Below the pieces are notes generated by a model. It had not been told where the DNA came from and made no database searches. It saw nothing but the letters and a program-made list of their open reading frames with translations. Of a stretch of DNA of 64,000 nt, positions 18,011-28,123 are shown in pieces. Source of the stretch: Flavobacteriales bacterium. GTDB lineage: Bacteria > Bacteroidota > Bacteroidia > Flavobacteriales_F > PHOS-HE28. How positions within the stretch are numbered: the first letter of the stretch is position 1; each line of letters starts with the position of its first letter. The DNA lies in assembly GCA_030584065.1 (NCBI GenBank), contig CP129489.1, forward strand, positions 3,510,235 through 3,574,234. The letters are read 5' to 3'. A program made the translations under genes and the position numbers.

Positions 18011-19333
18011 TCACCGCAGCAGGCTCAGCCGTTCCGCATCCAGCCGCACCAAGGTTCCGAGCAGCAGGGTGAAGCCGATCATGCTGCTGCCCCCGTAGCT
18101 GAAGAAGGGAAGGGGGATGCCGATCACAGGGGCCAGGCCGATGGTCATGCCCACGTTGATCATCAAGTGCAGGAAGAAGATGCTCGCCACGCAGTAGGCA
18201 TAGATCCGGGTGAATTTCGACCGCTGCCGATCGCTGATCTGGATGATGCGCAGGATGAGCACGGTGAATAGGATGACGACGAAGCTGGTGCCCAGGAATC
18301 CCCATTCCTCGCCCACGGTGCAGAAGATGAAGTCGGTGCTCTGCATGGGCACGTACTTGAACTTCGTGAGGGTGCCCTCCAGATAGCCCTTGCCGCTGAA
18401 ACCGCCGCTACCGATGGCGGTCTGGCTCTGCTTCACGTTGTAGCCCAGCCCCTGGGGGTCCTCCATCTGCCCCAGCATCACCAGGATGCGATCGCGCTGG
18501 TGCTGGGCGAGCACCTTCTCGAATGCGTAATCCAAGCTGCCGATGAAGGCTGCGGAAGCCAGCACGCCGATGACGATGTAGGCGTAGAGCCGCCGCCGCG
18601 CCCGCTTCACCACCATGTTGCGCACCACCAGCCAAGCGAGCGCCCCGATGATGATGATGACGAGCAGCAGGAACATCGGTCCGCTGAGCGCGCGGTCCGT
18701 GAATGGAAGGTCGAAGGAGCTCTCCTTGAGGATGAGGGAGAGGATGGAGAGGAAGGCCGCCAGGATGGCCAGCAGCAGCACGTTGCCGGAGAGGCCCTCG
18801 CGGTAGAGCACGAGGATGAAGGCGCCGGAGACCAAGGCCGTCCCTGTATCGGGCTGGAGCATGATGAGGCCCACCGGGGCGAGGATGAGCAGCGCGCTGA
18901 CCGCCCTGGACCGGAGGTCGATGAGCGCCTTGAGGCCGCTGAGGTAGCGGGCAAGCGCGAGCGAGGTGGCGTACTTGGCGAACTCCGCTGGCTGTATGCC
19001 GAAGCTGCCCACGCCGAACCAGGCCTTGGCGCCGTTCACCTCCTTGCCCACCACCAGCACCAGCGCGAGCAGCAGCATCACGAATGCGTAGATCAGGAAG
19101 GCGGAGTCGCGGATGAACTGGCCGCGCACCAGCAGGATGCCCGCACCCAGCGTAAGGCTGATGCCCATCCACACGGCTTGCTTGCCGTATTCCTTGTCGA
19201 GGTCGAAGATGCTCGCCTGGTCGGGGTCATAGGCGGCCGAGTAGATGTTGGCCCACCCCATGAACATCAGGGCCAGGTAGATCAGCAGCAGCGGCCGGTC
19301 GAAATTGGCGGCGACATTCTCCCTGGCGCTCAT
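18011..19333 (-). CDS. rodA: Rod shape-determining SEDS-family peptidoglycan glycosyltransferase RodA
   Basis: 440 aa, 10 TM, FtsW/RodA/SpoVE family, immediately downstream of PBP2 with an ATGA overlap. Confidence 0.9.
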   Translation of the reverse strand: MSARENVAANFDRPLLLIYLALMFMGWANIYSAAYDPDQASIFDLDKEYGKQAVWMGISLTLGAGILLVRGQFIRDSAFLIYAFVMLLLALVLVVGKEVNGAKAWFGVGSFGIQPAEFAKYATSLALARYLSGLKALIDLRSRAVSALLILAPVGLIMLQPDTGTALVSGAFILVLYREGLSGNVLLLAILAAFLSILSLILKESSFDLPFTDRALSGPMFLLLVIIIIGALAWLVVRNMVVKRARRRLYAYIVIGVLASAAFIGSLDYAFEKVLAQHQRDRILVMLGQMEDPQGLGYNVKQSQTAIGSGGFSGKGYLEGTLTKFKYVPMQSTDFIFCTVGEEWGFLGTSFVVILFTVLILRIIQISDRQRSKFTRIYAYCVASIFFLHLMINVGMTIGLAPVIGIPLPFFSYGGSSMIGFTLLLGTLVRLDAERLSLLR

Positions 19334-21183
19334 CGGCGGCGTGGCTTCTTGGGCTTCTTCACGAAATCCTTCTCGGCAGCGATGAGGTCGGCGTCCAGCA
19401 TGCGCTGCATCAGTTCGGGGCGCTTGATGGTATCGGTGAGGTATTGCTCCATGAGCAGGCTGGCGATCGGGGCGGCCCAGGTGCCGCCGAAGCCCGAGTT
19501 CTCCACATAGACGGCCATGGCCACCTTGGGGTCCTCCATCGGGGCGAAGCAGATGAAGACGGCATGGTCCTGTCCGTGCGGGTTCTCGGCCGTTCCCGTC
19601 TTCCCGCAGACGGTGATGCCTTCGATCCGGGCGCTGCGGGCCGTGCCACCGGGCTCATGGACCACGCGCCGCATCCCTTCCTGGATGTGGTCGAACCAAT
19701 GGGGGGCCGCCTCCACCACATGCCTCTCGCGGTAGCGGGCCTGCACGCTGTCGGGGTCGCCGATGGCGCGCACCACGTGCGGGTCGTAGTACCAGCCCTT
19801 GTTGGCAAAGATCGCAGCGAGGTTCGCCATCTGGATGGGGACGGTGAGCACCTCGCCCTGACCGATGCTCACGCTGTAGATGGTGCTGAAGGCCCAGCGC
19901 TCCTTGCCGTATTTCCGGTCGTAGTAGGCCGGGCCGGGGATGTTGCCGCCCTTCAGCGAGGGAAGGTCCATGCGCGGCTTTTCGCCCAGACCGAAGCTGT
20001 GCATGCGCCGCTCCCATTCGGCGAGGCCCAGCGCCGCGTCGCGGAACCGGCTCTTCTTGTCGAGCTTCCGTTCCACCACCCGGTCGAAGACCTGGTAGTA
20101 GTACGGGTTGCAGGAATACTGGATGGCCTGCTCGATGGTGCCCGCGTAGGGGTGGTTGTGGCAGCCCACCAGGCTCTTATTGCAGGGGAAGCCGGTGGTG
20201 GGCGTGATGACGCCCTCGTCGAGCGCGATGAGCGACTGCACGATCTTGAAGATGGAACCGGGCGGATACTGGGCCTGGAGCGCCCGGTCGAAGAGCGGCT
20301 TGATGGGGTCGCGCTGCAGGATGCCATAATTGGTGTTGCGCACACGGCCCACCAGCAGCTCGGGGTCATAGGAGGGGCTGCTCACGAGGCAGAGCACCTC
20401 GCCGGTGCGGGGGTCAAGGGCCACGATGCTGCCTTTCTTGTTGCGCAAGAGCCGTTCTCCCAGCAGCTGCATATCAAGGTCGATGCCGGTGAAGAGGTCC
20501 TTCCCCTCCACGGCTAGTGTGTCGTAAATGCCGTCCTTGTATGGGCCCTTGATGTTGTTGTGCACATCGACGAGCACATAGCGCACGCCGCGGCGCCCGC
20601 GGAGCGCCTCCTCGTACTGCTGCTCCAGGCCGCCTACGCCGATCACGTCGCCCGGTTTGTAGTAGGGGTCCTGTTCCACCTTGCGCGCATCCACCTCGCT
20701 GAGGTATCCGAGCAGGTGGGCCGCGGTGCGCGGGGGGTAGGTGCGCAGCGTGCGGCTCTGACCGTAGAAACCCGGGTATTTGTGCAGGTGCACGCTGATG
20801 GCCGAGAACTGGCCTGCGGGGATCTGCTTCTCGATGACGCTCGGCTTGTAGAGCGAATAGCGCCGGGCATCGCCCATGCGCTGCCGGAGCTCCTCCAGGG
20901 GCACGCTGATGAGGTCGGCGAAGGCGGCCGTGTCGAATGCCTTCACCTCCTTCGGCACCATCATGAGGTCGTACACCGGCGTGTTGGCCACCATCAGGCG
21001 GCCCTTGCGATCATAGATGAAGCCCCGAGCCGGATAGTCGGTGATCTTGCGCTCGGCCATGTTCGCTGCGCTGGCCTTCCACTTGTCGTCCACCACCTGG
21101 ATCCAGAGGAGCCGGAGGATGAAGATGACCGCGATGGCGCCCACGGCGGCGATGAGCACGTATTTCCGCGATTCGAAGTTCAT
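19330..21183 (-). CDS. mrdA: Penicillin-binding protein 2 (transpeptidase)
   Basis: PBP dimerisation plus transpeptidase domains; SxxK motif GSIFK. Confidence 0.9.
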   Translation of the reverse strand: MNFESRKYVLIAAVGAIAVIFILRLLWIQVVDDKWKASAANMAERKITDYPARGFIYDRKGRLMVANTPVYDLMMVPKEVKAFDTAAFADLISVPLEELRQRMGDARRYSLYKPSVIEKQIPAGQFSAISVHLHKYPGFYGQSRTLRTYPPRTAAHLLGYLSEVDARKVEQDPYYKPGDVIGVGGLEQQYEEALRGRRGVRYVLVDVHNNIKGPYKDGIYDTLAVEGKDLFTGIDLDMQLLGERLLRNKKGSIVALDPRTGEVLCLVSSPSYDPELLVGRVRNTNYGILQRDPIKPLFDRALQAQYPPGSIFKIVQSLIALDEGVITPTTGFPCNKSLVGCHNHPYAGTIEQAIQYSCNPYYYQVFDRVVERKLDKKSRFRDAALGLAEWERRMHSFGLGEKPRMDLPSLKGGNIPGPAYYDRKYGKERWAFSTIYSVSIGQGEVLTVPIQMANLAAIFANKGWYYDPHVVRAIGDPDSVQARYRERHVVEAAPHWFDHIQEGMRRVVHEPGGTARSARIEGITVCGKTGTAENPHGQDHAVFICFAPMEDPKVAMAVYVENSGFGGTWAAPIASLLMEQYLTDTIKRPELMQRMLDADLIAAEKDFVKKPKKPRRR

Positions 21184-21707
21184 GCGCGGCTGCGCTCCTG
21201 CGCGGCGGAGGTGAGGAATTGCGCGAGCAGGCAGAGCGCGAGCGTGAAGGCGGCGCTCATCAAGGCGCGCAGCAGGGTGGCGCCGAGTGCGTCGAAGCGG
21301 TGGATCTCCACGATGAAGAGCCAGAGGTGGTGGAGCACGATGAGAACGCCGGCGTAGGTGGCGAACCAGGGGAGCCCCATGCGGGGCACGGTGGGCCTCA
21401 TGCCGAACTCATAGCCCTCGCGCGGCGCCATGAGGCGCAGCAGGTGCTTCCGAGCGAAGGCCATGGCCACGCAGGCGCTCATGTGCATGCCCGGCGTGCT
21501 GCTGAAGAGGTCCATGGCCATGCCGATGGTCGCACCGAGCAGGAGCACGCCCCAGGCGGGCACCTCGAAGGGCAGCATGAGGAGGAAGAGCACGTACAGG
21601 TAGGGCACCATCCAGCCGTTGGCCACGTCGAGGTGGTCGAGCACCAGCACCTGGAGCAGCAGGAGCAGGATGAATCGGCCGATGTTCGCTGCGAGCGTGC
21701 CGATCAT
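21180..21707 (-). CDS. mreD: Rod shape-determining protein MreD
   Basis: The internal ATG gives MIGTLAANIGRFILLLLLQVLVL..., a polytopic 175-aa protein. The 93 codons upstream in the track ORF are His/Arg/Gly-rich and were rejected. It overlaps the mreC stop by 4 nt. Confidence 0.75.
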   Translation of the reverse strand: MIGTLAANIGRFILLLLLQVLVLDHLDVANGWMVPYLYVLFLLMLPFEVPAWGVLLLGATIGMAMDLFSSTPGMHMSACVAMAFARKHLLRLMAPREGYEFGMRPTVPRMGLPWFATYAGVLIVLHHLWLFIVEIHRFDALGATLLRALMSAAFTLALCLLAQFLTSAAQERSRA

Positions 21708-22534
21708 GGTGCGGAATGGGCTTGCTGGAGCGTGTCCCGCTCTGGCCGCTGCAGGTCGGTCACCACATACACGAAGCCGCTGCGCGTCATGTCCTCGAAG
21801 AGCCGTACAAGGATGGCCTGGTCGGGCCGGCCTGGCGGGCTCTCCACGGAGATCACAAGGCCCACAGGGACGTCGGCGGGGAATATGCCGTCGCCGCCCA
21901 TGGTGACCACCGTGTCGCCCGCCTGCACGCGCGCATGCTTGGGGATGTCCACCACGGAGGCGGCGATGGGATTGTTCGTGTCCCAATAGAGCAGCCCGAA
22001 GTGCCCAGTGCGCCTGACCCTGACGCTGGTGCGGATGTCCGGGTTCAGAACGCTGATGACGGAGGCGAAGTGGGGGCTGGCGTCGCGCACCACGCCCACG
22101 ATTCCATCGGGCCCGATCACGCCCATGTCAGGACGGACACCGGCGGTGAGCCCCTTATCGAGCGTGAGGTAGTTGCGGGGCTTGTGCCAGGTGGCGTTCA
22201 CCACCTTGGCGGGTGTGTAGCGGAAGAGCTGCCGGTGGATGGTGTCATTGATGCGGACGAAGGGGTCCTCCACCGGCGTATAGGCGCTGCTGTGGCGATT
22301 GCGCCAGTCGATGTTCTCTGCCACGAGCCGTTCGTTCACCTCGCGGAGGCTGGCGTAGTCGGTGATCTCCCTGCGCCAGCTGTAGAGCGTTCCGGCCACC
22401 GCGCTGCTGCTGTTGATGGCCAATGCCCGGTGGTGCGCATTGCCGTTGTAGAGCAGCAGGAAGGACAGGAGCAGGAGTGCGATGAACAGGAGGGTGTCCC
22501 GGATGCGGAAGAGGAAGCGGAAGAGGTCGCGCAT
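21704..22534 (-). CDS. mreC: Rod shape-determining protein MreC
   Basis: N-terminal anchor MRDLFRFLFRIRDTLLFIALLLL, a coiled coil and beta-domains. Confidence 0.85.
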   Translation of the reverse strand: MRDLFRFLFRIRDTLLFIALLLLSFLLLYNGNAHHRALAINSSSAVAGTLYSWRREITDYASLREVNERLVAENIDWRNRHSSAYTPVEDPFVRINDTIHRQLFRYTPAKVVNATWHKPRNYLTLDKGLTAGVRPDMGVIGPDGIVGVVRDASPHFASVISVLNPDIRTSVRVRRTGHFGLLYWDTNNPIAASVVDIPKHARVQAGDTVVTMGGDGIFPADVPVGLVISVESPPGRPDQAILVRLFEDMTRSGFVYVVTDLQRPERDTLQQAHSAP

Positions 22535-22605
22535 GGATCGTTGTGCCGTTCACCTGCCCACGCCTTGGATGCCGGGCCACGGCATGGCCTGTCACACTGC
22601 CGCGG

Positions 22606-23631
22606 TCATTCGCGCATCAGGAACTGGAAGCGGTCGATGTTCTTGAGCGCGATGCCCGTGCCACGCGCCACGGCGCGCAGGGGGTCGTCGGCCACGTGCA
22701 CCGGCAGCTTGGTCTTGATGCTGATGCGCTTGTCCAACCCGCGCAGCAGTGCACCGCCACCGGCCAGGTAGATGCCCGTCTTGTAGATGTCGGCGCTCAG
22801 TTCGGGCGGGGTGGCCTCCAGGGCGCTGAGGATGGCCTCCTCGATCTTGCTGATGCTCTTGTCCAGAGCCTGGGCGATCTCGCTGTAGGTGACGGTGATT
22901 TCCTTGGGGATGCCCGTCATCAGGTCCCGGCCGCGCACGGCGTAATCCGGCGGAGGGCTGTCGAGCTCGGTGAGCGCCGCGCCCACCTCGATCTTGATGG
23001 TCTCGGCCGTACGCTCCCCCACCAGGATGTTGTGCTGGCGCCGCATGTACTCCTCGATGTCCTGCGTGAATTCATCACCGGCAACGCGGATGTTCTTGTC
23101 GCACACGATCCCGCCCAGGGCGATCACGGCGATTTCGCTGGTGCCGCCGCCGATGTCGATGATCATGTTGCCCATGGGCTCCTCCACATCGATGCCGATG
23201 CCGATCGCCGCCGCCATGGGCTCATGGATCAGGTAAACCTCCTTGGCCCCGGCGTGCTCGCTGCTGTCCTTCACGGCCCGCTTCTCCACTTCGGTGATGC
23301 CGCTGGGGATGCAGATCACCATGCGCAGGTTGGGGGTGAAGAGTCGCCGGCCGGGGTTGATCATGCGGATCATGCCCTTGATCATGTCCTCGGCGGCCTT
23401 GAAGTCGGCGATCACCCCGTCCTTCAGCGGGCGGATGGTCTTGATGTTCTCGTGGGTCTTGCCGTGCATCTGCTGCGCCTGCCGCCCCACCGCGATCACC
23501 TTGCCGGTGGTGCGGTCCACCGCCACGATGCTGGGCTCGTCCACCACCACCTTGTCGTTGTGGATGATGAGCGTGTTGGCGGTGCCGAGGTCGATCGCGA
23601 TCTCCTGGGTGAAGAAGTTGAACCAGCTCAT
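22606..23631 (-). CDS. mreB: Rod shape-determining actin homologue MreB
   Basis: The internal ATG gives MSWFNFFTQEIAIDLGTANTLI; actin-fold ATPase. Confidence 0.9.
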   Translation of the reverse strand: MSWFNFFTQEIAIDLGTANTLIIHNDKVVVDEPSIVAVDRTTGKVIAVGRQAQQMHGKTHENIKTIRPLKDGVIADFKAAEDMIKGMIRMINPGRRLFTPNLRMVICIPSGITEVEKRAVKDSSEHAGAKEVYLIHEPMAAAIGIGIDVEEPMGNMIIDIGGGTSEIAVIALGGIVCDKNIRVAGDEFTQDIEEYMRRQHNILVGERTAETIKIEVGAALTELDSPPPDYAVRGRDLMTGIPKEITVTYSEIAQALDKSISKIEEAILSALEATPPELSADIYKTGIYLAGGGALLRGLDKRISIKTKLPVHVADDPLRAVARGTGIALKNIDRFQFLMRE

Positions 23632-23644
23632 CGGTCCGTGCGGG

Positions 23645-25192
23645 TCAGTGTTTGAAGTGGCGGATGCCGGTGATGCACATGGCCATGCCGTGTGCGTTGC
23701 AGTAGTCGATGCTGTCCTGGTCGCGGATGCTTCCCCCGGGGTGCACCACCGCCGTGATGCCCGCCTTGTGCGCGATCTCCACGCAGTCAGGGAAAGGGAA
23801 GAAAGCATCGCTGGCCATCACGGCGCCGTGCAGGTCGAAGTTGAATTTGGCAGCCTTTGCGATGGCCTGCTCCAAGGCATCCACGCGGCTGGTCTGGCCG
23901 GTTCCGCTGGCCAGCAGCTGGTTATCCCTGGCCAGCACGATGGCGTTGCTCTTGGTGTGCTTCACCAGGATCGCGGCGAAGGCCATGTCGGACGCCTCCA
24001 ACGCACTCGGGGCCTTGGTGGTGGCGGGCTTCATGGCGGCGGCGTCCGCCACCACGGTGTCCGCATCCTCGGTGAGCACGCCGTTCAGCGCGGTGCGCAC
24101 CTTCACGGAGGCGCGGGTCGCCGGCTTCCGCCTCAGGATCATCCGGTTCTTCTTACGCATCAGCACCTCCAGCGCATCGGCATCATAGTCGGGCGCGGCG
24201 ATGATCTCGAAGAAGATCGTGTCGATGGCCTCCGCCGTGGCCTTGTCGATGCGGGCGGTGGTGATCAGCACCCCGCCGAAGGCGCTCACGGGGTCGCCGG
24301 CCAGTGCGGCATCCCAAGCCTCCTTCACGGTGGGTCGAACGGCCGCGCCGCAGGCATTGTTGTGCTTCAGGATGGCGAACGCCTCCCCTGGACCCGACGT
24401 GACGCCCTTCAGCGTGGCCAGGTCGTCGATCAACTCCACGGCCGCGTCCAGGTCCAGCAGGTTGTTGTAGCTGAGCTCCTTGCCGTTGAGCTGCTCGAAC
24501 ATACCCCCCAGGTCGCCGTGGAAGGCCCCCTTCTGGTGGGGGTTCTCACCATAGCGCAGCACCGTGGTGGGGCCGGCGCTCAGCCGCAGGTCGCCCTGGC
24601 CGCTGCTGAACCAGTTGTAGATGGCGCTGTCGTAGCGGCTGCTCACGGCGAAGGCGGCCGCCGCGAAGACCTTGCGCTGCACCAGCGTGGTTTGGCCGTC
24701 CTGCTCCTTCAACAGGCGCAGCAGCTCGCCGTATTGGGCCATGCCGGGCACGATTGCCACGTCGGCGTGGTTCTTGGCTCCGGCACGGATGAGGCTGATA
24801 CCGCCGATGTCGATCTTCTCGATGATCTCCGCCTCTGTTCCCCCCCTGGCCACAGTGGCCTCGAAGGGGTAGAGGTCCACGATCACCAGGTCGATCGGCG
24901 GAATGGCGAATTCCTCTAGCTGAGCGACATCGCTCTCCAGGTCGCGGCGCCCGAGGATTCCGCCGAAGACCTTCGGGTGCAGGGTCTTCACCCTGCCGCC
25001 GAGGATGCTGGGGTAGCTGGTGAGGTCCTCTACCGGCGTCACGGCCGCGCCCAAAGACTCGATGAACTCCTGGGTGCCCCCGGTGCTGTAGATGCGCACG
25101 CCGAGCCGGACCAGTTCACGGATAATGGGCTCCAGCCCATCCTTGTGGAACACGGAGATGAGCGCGCTCTGGATGCGTTTGTACCCGTCCAA
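23645..25192 (-). CDS. purH: Bifunctional AICAR transformylase / IMP cyclohydrolase
   Basis: (M)DGYKRIQSALISVFHKDGL, MGS-like plus AICARFT domains; TTG start. Confidence 0.9.
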   Translation of the reverse strand: MDGYKRIQSALISVFHKDGLEPIIRELVRLGVRIYSTGGTQEFIESLGAAVTPVEDLTSYPSILGGRVKTLHPKVFGGILGRRDLESDVAQLEEFAIPPIDLVIVDLYPFEATVARGGTEAEIIEKIDIGGISLIRAGAKNHADVAIVPGMAQYGELLRLLKEQDGQTTLVQRKVFAAAAFAVSSRYDSAIYNWFSSGQGDLRLSAGPTTVLRYGENPHQKGAFHGDLGGMFEQLNGKELSYNNLLDLDAAVELIDDLATLKGVTSGPGEAFAILKHNNACGAAVRPTVKEAWDAALAGDPVSAFGGVLITTARIDKATAEAIDTIFFEIIAAPDYDADALEVLMRKKNRMILRRKPATRASVKVRTALNGVLTEDADTVVADAAAMKPATTKAPSALEASDMAFAAILVKHTKSNAIVLARDNQLLASGTGQTSRVDALEQAIAKAAKFNFDLHGAVMASDAFFPFPDCVEIAHKAGITAVVHPGGSIRDQDSIDYCNAHGMAMCITGIRHFKH

Positions 25193-25317
25193 TGTGGTCG
25201 TTCAAGGGGGGCTGGGCCCCGCTTCGGGCGCAAGTTTACGCCACGGTTCCAGCCGGTTGCGAGCGCGGGCCGCAGCCGTTATCCGAAGGTTACCAACAGG
25301 CGCATGATCGCCTGAGG

Positions 25318-26007
25318 TCAGAACCTGAAGCCCGCGCCGAAGGTGAGGTTCACCATGCGGCTTCCGCTGGAAAGCGTCCCATAGGTGACCTCCCCGGCCG
25401 GGGTGATCTCGATGGACCGCGGGTCGACATAGGTGACGCGTCCGCCGGAGAGCCGCTCGAACCGGGCCTCGAGCACGAAATGCCGCGTGACCTCGTAGTA
25501 CGCGCCGATCGCGAAGCCCGCGCTGCCCACGAAGGCGCTCTCGTTGCGCTCCTCGAGGATCGGCTGATCCAGCCCTTTCACGTTCACCTCGGTGGTGGTG
25601 AGGAAGTGACGCAACCCCAGCATCCCGTCCAGGTAGGGGCTCACTTTGCCCCTGTAGGGTTGGAAGCGCAGCATGCCATGGTAGCCATAGAGGTTGCTGC
25701 GCACCTTCATTTCGCCCTCGCGGCTGGTCACGATGGGGTCGTCCACCGTCACCTTGCGAGTCCCCCCTCCCATCCGCTGCCAAGCGAAGTCGAACCCATA
25801 GCTGAAGGGCAGCCGACGCATCGGCAGGGTCATGTTCGCGCTGATTCCGGCCATCTGCCTGCCCCAAGAGGCATCGAATTCTCCGGTGGGTATGCCGATC
25901 TCCAGCCCGCCGGTGATGGTGGCCGTGCGCTGCTGGGTGCGCTCCTGCTGGGCTGCTGCCGGGGCAGCCAAGGCCAGGGTCATGGCGGTCGCGAAGGCGG
26001 TTCTCAT
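25318..26007 (-). CDS. Small outer-membrane beta-barrel protein (OmpA-like/porin-family barrel)
   Basis: The internal ATG gives the signal peptide MRTAFATAMTLALAAPAAAQ. It has alternating strands and ends in the C-terminal ...TFGAGFRF motif. Confidence 0.65.
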   Translation of the reverse strand: MRTAFATAMTLALAAPAAAQQERTQQRTATITGGLEIGIPTGEFDASWGRQMAGISANMTLPMRRLPFSYGFDFAWQRMGGGTRKVTVDDPIVTSREGEMKVRSNLYGYHGMLRFQPYRGKVSPYLDGMLGLRHFLTTTEVNVKGLDQPILEERNESAFVGSAGFAIGAYYEVTRHFVLEARFERLSGGRVTYVDPRSIEITPAGEVTYGTLSSGSRMVNLTFGAGFRF

Positions 26008-26075
26008 GGCTTCAGGGATTGCTGCATTCACCTGCCAAAGGTTATGCCGAACGGAGCCCGGTACCTTGCGCCCGC

Positions 26076-26516
26076 ATGGAACTCGGCCCCGAATGGACGG
26101 CCCTCGGCCCATGGGGCTTGTTCCTGGCCTGCTTTCTGGCGGCCACGGTGCTGCCCTTCAGCTCGGAGGCGGTGCTGGCCGCCATGGCGGTTGGGCCATG
26201 GTCGGGGGCGCTGCTATGGTCGGTGGCCACCGCTGGCAATTGGCTCGGCGGCATGTCCACCTATGGATTGGGCCGCTTGGGCGACCCTAGGGCCGTTACC
26301 CGCTGGCTGAGGGTCGACCAGCGCCGCGCGGAGGCTTGGCGTCACCGCATCCGCCACTGGGGCCCTTGGGCCGCGCTGGCCTGCTGGGTGCCGGTGATCG
26401 GGGACCCCATCGCCCTGGCCCTGGGGCTGGGCCGTGCACGGTTCTGGCCCACAGCGCTGCTGATGCTGCTGGGGAAGGCCGCCCGGTACGCGGTGATCCT
26501 CGCGTTGATGCGCTGA
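26076..26516 (+). CDS. YqaA/DedA-type small inner-membrane protein
   Basis: MELGPEWTALGPWGLFLACFLAATVLPFSSEAVLAAM... has four hydrophobic helices. Confidence 0.5.
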   Translation: MELGPEWTALGPWGLFLACFLAATVLPFSSEAVLAAMAVGPWSGALLWSVATAGNWLGGMSTYGLGRLGDPRAVTRWLRVDQRRAEAWRHRIRHWGPWAALACWVPVIGDPIALALGLGRARFWPTALLMLLGKAARYAVILALMR

Positions 26517-26530
26517 CGGGCGGCAAGAGC

Positions 26531-26556
26531 GAAGGCCCCGCCGGAGCGGGGCCTTC
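26531..26556. terminator. GC-rich hairpin between convergent genes (possible bidirectional terminator, weak T-tract)
   Basis: GAAGGCCCCGC cgga GCGGGGCCTTC. Confidence 0.3.
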
Positions 26557-26587
26557 TGACCGAGCGGGTGTTTGCGATGTACCGTGC

Positions 26588-28006
26588 TCAGTAGGGGGTG
26601 TTCTGGGGGTCGAAATTGGCCCAGCCGGCGGTCCAATCCGTGGAACCGAACGCACCGCGGTGGCTGACCGGGGTGAAGAAGCCATCGGCCAGGGGGCTCC
26701 AGGAGAAATCGGCGCCGCTCAGGAGGGGGCTGCCTGCATTGGGCAGGAAGTCGGGTGCGGTGAGGGCGAAGGGGTTGGCCACCTGCAGCTCGCTGTTGTT
26801 GACGAGGATGGTGTTGTTCCAGCCGGCCGTGTTGAACCAGCCGGTGAGGGCGGCCTGGTCCCAGTTCTGGCCGCTGGGCACGTTGAAGGCGGTGCCCATG
26901 CCGGCGAGCACGTTGTTGCGGAACATCAGGTCGTTGTTCGTGGCGTTGGCCTGGGTGCTGTTGCCGTCGATGTAGAGCCCCGTGGGGTATCCGGCGAAGA
27001 CGCTGTTGAACACGCGCGTCTGGGTGTTGCGGCGCAGGTGAAGGGCGCGGGCGTACTGGGCGTTGATGCTCGTGCTGGCATCGGCCTTGGGACCGAAGAT
27101 GCTCACGTTGCTCCAGGTGCCTTGACTGTAGGGAGCCACCGCATTGCCGGCGGCATCGTTGTCGCATTCGAAGCCGTTGCTGCTGCTCTGGTCGGCCACA
27201 TTGGGGTCGCGCAGGCTCACGGCGAACTGCACCTTGCCCTGCCAGCCGAAGTCCTGGTCGAAGTCGTCGTCCCAGCCGCGCAGCGCGATCAGGTATTTGG
27301 CGTTCACCGTGCCGCCGAACCACTCGTAGCTGTCATCGCCGCAGTAGCTCACCTGGATGTGCTCCAGGGTGGTGCCCCTGCCTACGCCGCCCATGGTGAG
27401 GCCGTTGATCTCCTGGTTGGGCTGGAAGGGGATGCCACTGAACTCGATGCGGACGTAGCGGAGGATGCCGCTGTTGTCATTGGGGTCCGTGCCACCGTAT
27501 TGGGCGTCCACGCCGCCCTCGATGATGGGGTCACTGGGCTGGTTGTGGGGGGCGCGGCCGCAGAGGATGATGCCGCCCCAGTCGCCGTAATCGCGGCTGC
27601 CGGCGGGCTGGTTGCTGGTGAAGATGATCGGCTGGCTGGCCGTGCCGTCGGCAATCAGGCGACCGCCGCGCTTCACGATCAGCGTTCCCTTGGTGGGCTT
27701 GTCACCCTTGATGATGGTTCCGGGCTGGATGGTGAGCGTGGCGCCGTCCTCCACGTAGATGAAGCCTTTCAGCAGGTACTTGTTGTTGCTCGTCCAGGTG
27801 GTGTTCGTGGTGATGTTGGCCGTCACCTCCACGGTGCCGCCGGTGCTGGCCTGCGGATATTCGCAACAGCAGTCCTTGTCGGCATCCGCATCGTAGTTCA
27901 GGGCGAGCGGGTCGGTGCAGCCTTCCTTCTTCTTGCAGGCCGGCAGGGCCACGGCGATGGCGCCGAGGGCGAGCAGCCCGATCGCATGATTCTTCCAGTG
28001 GTTCAT
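26588..28006 (-). CDS. Lipoprotein encoded downstream of the TonB-dependent receptor (N/G/T-rich, beta-helix-like repeats, Cys cluster)
   Basis: The internal ATG gives MNHWKNHAIGLLALGAIAVALPACKKKEGC (lipobox). It carries a DCCCEY cysteine cluster and repeated N-rich strands (NNDLMFRNNVLAG, TILVNNSELQ). It does not resemble SusD. Confidence 0.6.
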   Translation of the reverse strand: MNHWKNHAIGLLALGAIAVALPACKKKEGCTDPLALNYDADADKDCCCEYPQASTGGTVEVTANITTNTTWTSNNKYLLKGFIYVEDGATLTIQPGTIIKGDKPTKGTLIVKRGGRLIADGTASQPIIFTSNQPAGSRDYGDWGGIILCGRAPHNQPSDPIIEGGVDAQYGGTDPNDNSGILRYVRIEFSGIPFQPNQEINGLTMGGVGRGTTLEHIQVSYCGDDSYEWFGGTVNAKYLIALRGWDDDFDQDFGWQGKVQFAVSLRDPNVADQSSSNGFECDNDAAGNAVAPYSQGTWSNVSIFGPKADASTSINAQYARALHLRRNTQTRVFNSVFAGYPTGLYIDGNSTQANATNNDLMFRNNVLAGMGTAFNVPSGQNWDQAALTGWFNTAGWNNTILVNNSELQVANPFALTAPDFLPNAGSPLLSGADFSWSPLADGFFTPVSHRGAFGSTDWTAGWANFDPQNTPY

Positions 28007-28123
28007 GGGTTGTTTACCGTTTCGTTGGCGCTGCAAAGCGACAGCATGCGCGTTAGGCCGCTGTCATCCGGATCTTACGGTATCGCTAAGCGACCTTAAG
28101 CTTTCGTTAAGCCCGGACCGGGC

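Noticed and set aside
21708-21986. 93-codon N-terminal extension of the mreD ORF
   Set aside because: It is His/Arg/Gly/Pro-rich and overlaps mreC. MreD begins at the internal ATG (MIGTLAAN...), with the usual 4-bp overlap with the mreC stop.
26214-27323. 369-aa Arg-rich minus-strand ORF
   Set aside because: It is an alternate frame of the lipoprotein gene and has extreme Arg/Gln/Pro/His composition.
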